Program-made: the position numbers and the translations under genes
Notes under the pieces: model-generated
Seen by the model: the letters and a program-made list of their open reading frames with translations, nothing else
Told to the model about the DNA's origin: nothing
The model's database searches: none
Shown here: positions 14,547 through 21,579 of the stretch, one piece after another
Layout of the letters: every line of letters starts with the position of its first letter
Position numbering within the stretch: the stretch's first letter is position 1
Assembly (NCBI GenBank): GCA_031287575.1
Contig: JAITSV010000051.1
Location: 9,897-33,896 of the forward strand
Source of the DNA: Desulfovibrio sp.
Lineage (GTDB): Bacteria > Desulfobacterota > Desulfovibrionia > Desulfovibrionales > Desulfovibrionaceae
Reading direction: 5' to 3'
Length of the DNA: 24,000 bases

Positions 14547-16003
14547 CCGATGCCCGCCTGCCCGGCACTGACTTGTCCGGCTCTGACTTGTCCGGCTCTG
14601 ACTTGTCCGGCACTGACCTGTCTGGCACTGACCTGTCTGGCGCAACGCCCGTCGCCGCCCCGCATCCTGCCTCTCCCGGCCTGCTGGCCGCGCGTCTGGC
14701 CCTGCGGGTGGAGGAACTGCACGCCGCAGGCCTTGGCCGCAACGCGCTGCCGCTGGACGGGCTGCCCACCCCAATGTCCCGCAGTGCCGCCGGGCAGCCT
14801 CCCTCCCCGGCGCTGGTGCACATGGAGGGCCGTCCGCTGCTCCATTTCGCGGGCAACGATTATCTGGGGCTTGCCTCCGATAAGGAATGGCGGGCCACGG
14901 TGGCCGCCTGCTTCGCGCACCACGCGCCCTCGGGCACGGCCTCGCGCCTGGCCGCCGGGCACACCGTCCTGGCGGCGGAAGCCGAGGCCGCCTGGGCCGA
15001 ATACTTCGGCTACGCCGAATGCCTGTTCCTGCCCAGCGGGTATCAGGCCAACCTGGCCCTGCTGTGGGGACTGCTGGGGCACGGCGATGCCGTGTTCCTG
15101 GACCGCCGGGTGCACGCCAGCATGGCCCACGCCCTGCCCCCCACCGGAGCGCGCCTGCATACGCACCGGCATGCGGACATGGACGACCTGTCGCGCCGCC
15201 TGGCCGCGTGGCGTGCCGATGGCAACGACGGTCCGCCCGCCTGCGGGACGGCCTGCGCCCCCCAGCCCGTTGTCCTGGCCGAATCGCTGTACAGCATGGA
15301 CTCCACCCTGCCGGACATGGCCCGCCTGGGCGCGGTGGCCCGTGAACACGGGGCCTTCGTCATCGTGGACGAAGCCCACGCATTCGGCGTGCTGGGCGCG
15401 GGCGGACGCGGGCGGGCGCACGGCGTGGCCGACGTGGCCGTGGGCACGCTGGGCAAGGCGCTGGGGCTGTTCGGAGCGTTCCTGCTGCTGCCGCGCGGCA
15501 CCCGGAACGCGCTGGAAAACCTGGCCTCGCCGCTGATCCACTCCACCGCCCTGCCGGAAGCGCACGCCGCCTGCTGCCTGGCCCTGCTGGACCTGCTGCC
15601 CCGGCTGGACGACCGCCGCCACCATCTTGCCGCGCTGGGCGCGGCCCTGCGCACCGGGCTGCGCGCCGAAGGGGTGCCCGTGCGCGAGGGGGCCCACGTG
15701 GTCTGCGTGGACGTGGGCGACGAGGAGCGCTGCACCCGCCTCGCGGCAAGGCTGCGCACCCCCACGGATGGCGGCCCCGGCGTGCTGGCCCTGGCCGCGC
15801 GCCACCCCACCGTGCCGCGTGGCGCCGCCACCCTGCGCCTGGGCCTTACCGCCCTGCACCGGGTGGACGACGTGGCCCGTTGCGTGGATCTGCTGGCCCG
15901 TGCGTGGAAAGAAGAGGAAGAAAAGCAGAACGCTGCACCGCAGCATGCTTTCCTCGATTCGGGGACGGATACCGCTGACGGCGCACCGGGAGAACAATCA
16001 TGA
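14525..16003 (+). CDS. bioF: 8-amino-7-oxononanoate synthase with an N-terminal repeat-containing extension (492 aa)
   Basis: LLHFAGNDYLGLA, SGYQANLALLWGLL, DEAHAFGVLG and GTLGKALG (PLP lysine) are colinear with BioF. The only ATG upstream of the conserved N-terminal helix is at 14525, and it overlaps the previous gene by 22 nt. The track ORF from 14201 is an Arg-rich artefactual extension. Confidence 0.88.
   Translation: MADQNRLTDARLPGTDLSGSDLSGSDLSGTDLSGTDLSGATPVAAPHPASPGLLAARLALRVEELHAAGLGRNALPLDGLPTPMSRSAAGQPPSPALVHMEGRPLLHFAGNDYLGLASDKEWRATVAACFAHHAPSGTASRLAAGHTVLAAEAEAAWAEYFGYAECLFLPSGYQANLALLWGLLGHGDAVFLDRRVHASMAHALPPTGARLHTHRHADMDDLSRRLAAWRADGNDGPPACGTACAPQPVVLAESLYSMDSTLPDMARLGAVAREHGAFVIVDEAHAFGVLGAGGRGRAHGVADVAVGTLGKALGLFGAFLLLPRGTRNALENLASPLIHSTALPEAHAACCLALLDLLPRLDDRRHHLAALGAALRTGLRAEGVPVREGAHVVCVDVGDEERCTRLAARLRTPTDGGPGVLALAARHPTVPRGAATLRLGLTALHRVDDVARCVDLLARAWKEEEEKQNAAPQHAFLDSGTDTADGAPGEQS
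14567..14641 (+). repeat. In-frame 15-nt tandem repeat x5 at the bioF 5-prime end
   Basis: ACTGACTTGTCCGGC, TCTGACTTGTCCGGC x2, ACTGACCTGTCTGGC x2 encodes TDLSG SDLSG SDLSG TDLSG TDLSG. Confidence 0.92.
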
Positions 16004-16743
16004 ACGCAATGAACCAGCCCCCCTCCCGCGCCCTGTTCGTGGTGGGCACGGACACGGGCGTGGGCAAGACGGTGGTTTCCATGCTGCTGCTGCGCGAGCT
16101 GTTCGCGCGGGGGGAGCGGCCCTTCTACGCCAAGCCCATGCAGACCGGGTGCAAAAACCCGTACGACACGGACAGCGACGCGGCCTTCGTGTACCGGCAC
16201 GTTCCGGAACTGGCCGGGCGCGACCCGGCGGAGGCGGTGGGGTGGTGCTTCGCGGCGCCTAAGGCTCCGCTCCACGCCGCGCGGGACGAAATGCGCGGCG
16301 TGGAGACGGAAGACCTGGTGCGCAGTCTGGCATGTCTGCGCGGTGAACACGCCTCTCTGGTCCTTGAAGGAGCGGGCGGTCTGATGGTGCCGTTCACGTC
16401 AAAGGCCCTGTGCATCGACTGCATCCGGGCCGCCGACGCCCGTCCCGTGCTGGTGGCGCGGGCGGGACTGGGCACCGTGAACCACACGCTCCTCTCGGTG
16501 GAGGCGCTGGTCCGGAGAGGGATGGAACCGGCAGGGATCGTTTTCGTTCACACCAAGGAACGTTCCGCATCCCCGGACCTTGTGCGGGGCAACATGGAGG
16601 CGGTAGCCATGCTGTCCGGTTTTCCGGTGAGCGGCGTGGTGCCGCCCATCGAAAATCTGCTGCATCCGCCCGACGCCGCCTTCGCGCCCTTGCGGCGCAT
16701 GCTCGACGTGCCAGACAGGGCGGACGGGGTGGGAATCAGCTAA
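16000..16743 (+). CDS. bioD: Dethiobiotin synthetase
   Basis: 247 aa. ATGA overlap with the bioF stop. P-loop FVVGTDTGVGKTVVS. KPMQTGC and LEGAGGLMVP match BioD. Confidence 0.92.
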   Translation: MNAMNQPPSRALFVVGTDTGVGKTVVSMLLLRELFARGERPFYAKPMQTGCKNPYDTDSDAAFVYRHVPELAGRDPAEAVGWCFAAPKAPLHAARDEMRGVETEDLVRSLACLRGEHASLVLEGAGGLMVPFTSKALCIDCIRAADARPVLVARAGLGTVNHTLLSVEALVRRGMEPAGIVFVHTKERSASPDLVRGNMEAVAMLSGFPVSGVVPPIENLLHPPDAAFAPLRRMLDVPDRADGVGIS

Positions 16744-16818
16744 CTCCCCTCACCTGCGTTTTCCTCGTACCCCCATATGGGGATGAAAGGCCGGATGAGG
16801 GTTTTCGTTCGTTGGCAA

Positions 16819-16877
16819 GGAAAACGAGCCTGCCATGAGGGAGCATACTCTTCTCGTATTCGACCGATATGGCAGGC
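16819..16877 (-). terminator. Candidate lysA terminator in the convergent bioD / lysA gap
   Basis: Minus strand: 9-bp stem GCCTGCCAT / ATGGCAGGC (16828-16836 and 16869-16877) with a 32-nt loop, followed by TCGTTTTCC. The large loop makes this atypical. Confidence 0.35.
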
Positions 16878-16916
16878 GAAGTTTGACGAAGCCAACGGGT
16901 GAAAAGACCATCCGGC

Positions 16917-18197
16917 TTACGCATCCGGGAACAGCGCCATCAAATCAGCCAACTCCTCCCGGCGGCGAATCAGCCGGGGCTGGCCATCAAGGCCGATGAG
17001 CACCTCGGCGGGGCGCAACCGCTGGTTGTACGTGGAGCTCATGGCGTAGCCATAGGCCCCGGCGTCCAGCACGCCCAGGATGTCGCCCTCCTGGATGGCG
17101 GGCAGCTGCCGTTCCTTGGCCATGATGTCGCCGCTCTCGCAGATGTTGCCCACCACGGTCTGGGGGTGCAGGGCCGCGTCGGGGGTACCGTTCTTGCGGT
17201 ACACCTCGATGTCGTGGTGCGCGTCGTACATCACCGGGCGAGCCAGCACGTTGAAGCCAAGGTCGGTGCCCACGTAGCGGGTGGGGCCGTTGTTCTTGGT
17301 GGCGTGCACGGTGCCCAGCAGCAGGCCGCATTCGGCCACCACGTAGCGGCCCGGCTCGATGTAGAAACGGCCCTTGTAGCCGGTGCGCTCCGACCAGCCG
17401 GAAATGAGCGCGTGCAGGCGTTCCGCCGTGGCGGCCAGGTCCAGCCGGGACTGGTCCTCGTACTTGCGGTAGGGAATGCCGAAGCCGCCGCCGAAGTCGA
17501 TGACCTCCACGGTGTCGAACTTTTCCGCCACGGACAGCAAAAATTCCGCCGCCGCCACGTACCCGTCCGGTTCCAGGAACAGCGAGCCGATGTGCTGGTT
17601 GATGCCCGCCAGGGTCATGTCGTGCCTGGCCAGAATGGCCCGCAACTCGGCCAGCGAGGCGTCGGAGGGGTCCACGCCGAACTTGGTGGCCTTGCCCGCC
17701 GTGACCACCTTCTGGTGGTGCCCCGCGCCGATGCCGGGGTTGAAGCGCACCATCACCTTGCCGCCCCGGTTCACCCTGCCCAGGGTGTCCAGCTGCGACA
17801 GCGAATCCACGCTCACCAGCAGGCCATGCGACACGGCGTTGGCCAGTTCCGCCTCGGACACGTTGTTGCACACGTACAGGATCTGGTCCGGGGTGAACCC
17901 GGCGGCCTCGTTGACGTGGATTTCGCCGGGCGACATGGCGTCCACCACCAGCCCTTCCTCGCGCACGATGCGCAGCAGGGAAAGATTGGTGTTGGCCTTG
18001 GCCGAATAGTTCACGAAAAAGCCGGGGTGCGGCGACAGGGCCTTCATGTCGCCGCAGCGGGCGCGCAGCAGGGCCTCGCTGTAGACGTACAGCGGGCTGC
18101 CGAAGGCGGCCACCAGTTCTTCGGGCGTGGTCCGGCCAAAGAAGCCGACCGCATCGGTGTACGTGGAACGAACGTTGGGCATGAAGGTCTCCGTCAT
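16917..18197 (-). CDS. lysA: Diaminopimelate decarboxylase
   Basis: 426 aa. Fold-type III PLP decarboxylase. YSAKANTNLSLLRIV carries the PLP lysine. GGGFGIPY and VGNICESGD motifs. Length typical of LysA. Confidence 0.9.
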   Translation of the reverse strand: MTETFMPNVRSTYTDAVGFFGRTTPEELVAAFGSPLYVYSEALLRARCGDMKALSPHPGFFVNYSAKANTNLSLLRIVREEGLVVDAMSPGEIHVNEAAGFTPDQILYVCNNVSEAELANAVSHGLLVSVDSLSQLDTLGRVNRGGKVMVRFNPGIGAGHHQKVVTAGKATKFGVDPSDASLAELRAILARHDMTLAGINQHIGSLFLEPDGYVAAAEFLLSVAEKFDTVEVIDFGGGFGIPYRKYEDQSRLDLAATAERLHALISGWSERTGYKGRFYIEPGRYVVAECGLLLGTVHATKNNGPTRYVGTDLGFNVLARPVMYDAHHDIEVYRKNGTPDAALHPQTVVGNICESGDIMAKERQLPAIQEGDILGVLDAGAYGYAMSSTYNQRLRPAEVLIGLDGQPRLIRRREELADLMALFPDA

Positions 18198-18243
18198 GTT
18201 TCCGGTGTGGGCCGCGTCTTGCGCGGCGCCCGTCCGGTGTGCG

Positions 18244-19023
18244 TCAGTTGTCCGAAACGGGGACCGATCCGGCGTCAGGTATTGAGCCTGCCATGGAGCC
18301 CGGCATGGCGGCGCGGATGCGGATCAGCTCCATTTCATGCAGGATGGCCTCGCGCATCAGGTACACCAGGTGCTCGTTGCGCGAATACAGGCAGCGCCCG
18401 CTCACGCCCGGCTCCAGCAGACCCGCGATGACCTCGCTGGTGTCGGCGATGAGCTTCACGTGGCCGGTGCCCGCCTGGTTCTTCAGAAAGGTGGCCCCGG
18501 CAATGCCCGGCTCGGCATTGGACAGCAGCACCACCTTCAGCCCCCGCGCCACGCAATCGTCGAACTCGCGCCGGAACAGCGCCACGTTGTCCGCGTGCAT
18601 GGATGCATACACCCGCAGCCGCGCCAGGTGCAGCATGTTGCGGATCTTGTCCTCGGTGTTGCGCAGGCCCGCCACGGTCAGATAGGGCGTCTCGTCCGGC
18701 TCGGTGTCCGGCAGGTTGGCTTCGAGGAAGGCCAGCGTGCCTTCGGCGTCGCGTCGCAGGTTCAGCAGCAGTTCCTCGCGCGGGACGGCCATGTAGCGGC
18801 TGGTATCGCCGCTGGCCACCACGGCCCCGCCCTTCTCCACCAGGCTCGACAGCGCCGCGTAGGCGTTGGAGCGCGAAATTCCGGCGGCCTTGGCCGCCTC
18901 GTACCCGGTCATGGGACCATGGGGACTCTGGGGATTCTGGCCCGCGTGCCGCAGCAGGGTAAGGTACATCAACGATTCCTGCTGGGTGAAACCGAACTTG
19001 CGCAACGCCTGAATGAGTTCCAT
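18244..19023 (-). CDS. TrmB family transcriptional regulator (259 aa from ATG 19023)
   Basis: N-terminal winged HTH MELIQALRKFGFTQQESLMYLTLL…GYEAAKAAGISRSNAYAALSSLVEKGG, followed by a TrmB-C-like effector domain. GGAAGGAAG lies upstream of the ATG. It ends 46 nt upstream of lysA, so the two are possibly co-transcribed. Confidence 0.8.
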   Translation of the reverse strand: MELIQALRKFGFTQQESLMYLTLLRHAGQNPQSPHGPMTGYEAAKAAGISRSNAYAALSSLVEKGGAVVASGDTSRYMAVPREELLLNLRRDAEGTLAFLEANLPDTEPDETPYLTVAGLRNTEDKIRNMLHLARLRVYASMHADNVALFRREFDDCVARGLKVVLLSNAEPGIAGATFLKNQAGTGHVKLIADTSEVIAGLLEPGVSGRCLYSRNEHLVYLMREAILHEMELIRIRAAMPGSMAGSIPDAGSVPVSDN

Positions 19024-19478
19024 GTGCTTCCTTCCAAAGGCCCGCCGGGATGGCGGGGTACCTGTGCATGAGGGCCGGATGACCGGATGACCGGGCAGCC
19101 AGGCGGCGGACGGGCGTCCGAGCGGCAAGGGCGGGGCTGACGACAACGCCGCCTTGCGCTACACTGGCCACGGTGCCGTCCCGGCATCCGCCGAAGTTTC
19201 TCCGCCCCGCTCCGTGCGCCTGGCCAGTTGCTGGCCACGGCGACACCGGGTCCCATGCGCGGCGGGGAAAACTCATGCGTGGTACTGATTGGTACTACTA
19301 GCGTCGCGTTTGCGGTTTGTCAACGTCCGAAGCACGGAATCCGGCCATCATCCGGCCATCCGGCGCCCCCGCGCACCACCGCCCCTGCGGTCCGATGCCA
19401 CGGCGGCCCGGTAATCCGGCACCTGGCGGCGGCACCGCGCCCGCGCCGCGCCCCCCGTGTCCCCTGTACGCACGGTCG

Positions 19479-19494
19479 TGGCACGTACATCGCC
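19479..19494 (+). promoter_or_regulatory. Candidate sigma-54 (-24/-12) promoter for the M20 amidohydrolase gene
   Basis: TGGCACGTACATCGCC versus the consensus TGGCACG-N4-TTGCW. The -24 element is perfect, GG-N10-GC spacing is correct and the -12 element is TCGC. It lies 43 nt upstream of the ATG at 19537, with AGGAG between them. Confidence 0.4.
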
Positions 19495-19536
19495 GCGCCC
19501 CGCCAGAAACATGCAGGGGCGCGGGCAGGAGAACCC

Positions 19537-20757
19537 ATGGAATCCCTTTCCGACCGCGTCCGCGCGGCCGCACCGCACATCGTCGACCTGCGCCGCCGCC
19601 TGCACCGCATCCCCGAAACCGGCTTCAACGAGGTGCGCACCGCCGCCCTGGTGGCCGAAGAACTGGCCACGCTGGGCCTGTCGACGCGCACCGGCATCGC
19701 GGGCACCGGGGTGACCGCCCTGCTCGATTCCGGGCGGCCCGGCCCCACGGTGATGCTGCGGGCCGACATGGACGCCCTGCCCATCACCGAGGCCACGGGA
19801 CTCCCCTATGCCTCCGAGCACCCCGGCTGCATGCACGCCTGCGGGCACGACATGCACATGGCCATGCTGCTGGGCGCGGCGCGGGTGCTTGCCGCGCTGA
19901 CGGCGGAAAACCCCGGCGCGCTGCGCGGGCGCATCCTGTTCCTGTTCCAGCCCGCGGAGGAAGGCCCCGGCGGCGCGCAGCCCATGATCGAGGCGGGCGT
20001 GCTGGGCGACCCCAGGGTGGACGTGTGCCTCGGCGCCCACGTCTGGCCGGAGATTCCCGCCGGTTTCGTGGGGGTAAGGCCCGGCCCGCTCATGGCCGCC
20101 ATGGACCGCTTCGAGTTGACCGTGCTGGGCAAGGGCGGCCACGCCGCCAACCCGCACCTGTGCGTGGACGCGCTGGAAACCGCCACCCAGGTGGTGGGCG
20201 CCTTGCAACGGGTGGTCAGCCGCATGACCAGCCCGCTGGAGCCGGTCATCCTGACCATCGGCGAACTGCACGCGGGCACGGCGTACAACGTCATACCCGG
20301 CGAGGCCCGCATGGCGGGCACGGTGCGGGCCTTCGCGCCCGAGGTGCGCAATCTGTGGGAGCGGCGCATCAATCAGGTGGCGGGCGGAGTGTGCGCGGCC
20401 ATGGGCGCCACGCATCGACTGGATTTCCAGTGGTGCCACCCGGCGGTAATCAACGACCCGCGCGCGGCGGCCGAGGTGCGCCGGGCCGCGCTGGACGCCG
20501 TGGGCGCGGACAGGGTGATGGAACCGGTGCCCACCATGGGCGGCGAGGACTTTTCCATGTTCCTGCAACGGGTGCCGGGATGCTTCTTTTTCGTAGGCTG
20601 CGGCGGCCCGGGCGTGGCCCCGGTGCACAACCCGGCCTTTGCCCCGGATGAAACGTGCCTGCCCGTGGGCACCGAGGTGCTGTGCCGGGCCGCCGTGCAA
20701 CTGTGCGCGGGGTGGGATGCGCCGCAGGCCGGGGCGCAAGCGGTGACCGGGGCATAA
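19537..20757 (+). CDS. M20D family amidohydrolase (N-acyl-L-amino-acid amidohydrolase / hippurate hydrolase-like), 406 aa
   Basis: LRRRLHRIPETGFNE and MHACGHDMHMAMLLGAA are metal-ligand motifs typical of M20D. AGGAG lies 6 nt upstream of the ATG at 19537. The track ORF from 19228 is an upstream extension. Confidence 0.85.
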   Translation: MESLSDRVRAAAPHIVDLRRRLHRIPETGFNEVRTAALVAEELATLGLSTRTGIAGTGVTALLDSGRPGPTVMLRADMDALPITEATGLPYASEHPGCMHACGHDMHMAMLLGAARVLAALTAENPGALRGRILFLFQPAEEGPGGAQPMIEAGVLGDPRVDVCLGAHVWPEIPAGFVGVRPGPLMAAMDRFELTVLGKGGHAANPHLCVDALETATQVVGALQRVVSRMTSPLEPVILTIGELHAGTAYNVIPGEARMAGTVRAFAPEVRNLWERRINQVAGGVCAAMGATHRLDFQWCHPAVINDPRAAAEVRRAALDAVGADRVMEPVPTMGGEDFSMFLQRVPGCFFFVGCGGPGVAPVHNPAFAPDETCLPVGTEVLCRAAVQLCAGWDAPQAGAQAVTGA

Positions 20758-20991
20758 CCGGCAACAGGATGCTCCGTGCCCCGACAGGCCGCGCGAATCC
20801 CCGGCCAGTCGCCCGGCAATACCGGCTACGCGGCACGCCCCGCGCGGCCCATCCCCGCGCCAGGAATAATCTTTGACATTCCCCACGGGGCGGGCGATGG
20901 TCCACGGGTCTGCCCGGCCGCCGCGGCTGTTGCCGCCCATTCATTCCGGCTGGCGGATACCCACCACAGATTCTCCCCCAAGGAGCCCCAC

Positions 20992-21414
20992 ATGGCACTC
21001 AAGAACGGCGATACCGTCCGCGTTCACTACACCGGCACGCTGGACGACGGCACCGAATTCGATTCCTCGCGCGATCGCGAACCCCTGGAATTCACCCTGG
21101 GTGAAGGCATGCTCATCCCCGGCTTCGAAAAGGCCGTGCTGGGCCTTGGCAAGGGCCAGTCGGTGAAGGTCACCATTCCCGCCGCCGAAGCCTACGGCGA
21201 CCACATTGAAGAAATGATCATCACCGTGCCCCGCGACCAGGTGCCCCCGCATATCGAGCCCGAAGTGGGCCTGATGCTGCAACTCATGACCGACGACGGC
21301 GAACTTGACGTCACCGTCACCGACGTCACCGAAGAGCACGTCACCCTTGACGCCAACCACCCCCTGGCGGGCGAGGACCTGACCTTCGACATCGAACTGG
21401 TCGAAGTCTGCTAG
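20992..21414 (+). CDS. FKBP-type peptidyl-prolyl cis-trans isomerase, SlyD-like with an insert-in-flap domain and no His-rich tail (140 aa)
   Basis: MALKNGDTVRVHYTGTLDDGTEFDSSRDREPLEFTLGEGMLIPGFEKAVLGL … NHPLAGEDLTFDIELVEV. AAGGAG lies 7 nt upstream of the ATG. Confidence 0.9.
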   Translation: MALKNGDTVRVHYTGTLDDGTEFDSSRDREPLEFTLGEGMLIPGFEKAVLGLGKGQSVKVTIPAAEAYGDHIEEMIITVPRDQVPPHIEPEVGLMLQLMTDDGELDVTVTDVTEEHVTLDANHPLAGEDLTFDIELVEVC

Positions 21415-21517
21415 ACGGATTCCAGCCTGTTTCGGCCAACTGCCGACAAAACCGGTGAAACCGGCTCTCCCGCAGTTGTACGGACCCGCGACACCGCAGT
21501 CAGATCATTGATACGCC

Positions 21518-21550
21518 AACGGCGCCTCCCTCACGGGGGGCGCCGTTTTC
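21518..21550 (+). terminator. Intrinsic terminator downstream of the FKBP gene, possibly also serving the convergent GGDEF gene
   Basis: AACGGCGCC-tccctcacgggg-GGCGCCGTT gives a 9-bp stem, extendable by CCC/GGG. It is followed by TTTC on the plus strand. It lies 33 nt beyond the minus-strand gene stop at 21580, but there is no T-run on that strand. Confidence 0.7.
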
Positions 21551-21579
21551 ACGTCCGGAGGCCCGCAGGCCCACCGCCG

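Noticed and set aside
14567-14641. Possible CRISPR-like array, because of regularly spaced identical units.
   Set aside because: The units are contiguous 15-mers with no spacers. They lie inside a coding frame and are far shorter than CRISPR repeats. There are no cas genes.
16736-16924. 62-aa minus-strand ORF starting in an ATGCGTAA overlap with the lysA stop, which suggests a coupled small protein.
   Set aside because: Its third-position GC is only about 50%, well below what I see in the real genes here. The product has no motif. The ORF also fills the structured intergenic spacer and runs into the bioD stop. It could be revisited only if ribosome profiling supports it.
20873-20901. Perfect TTGACA -35 hexamer preceded by an AT-rich stretch, upstream of the FKBP gene.
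   Set aside because: The best -10 at 17-nt spacing is GATGGT, which matches 3 of 6 positions. I cannot support a promoter call from sequence alone.
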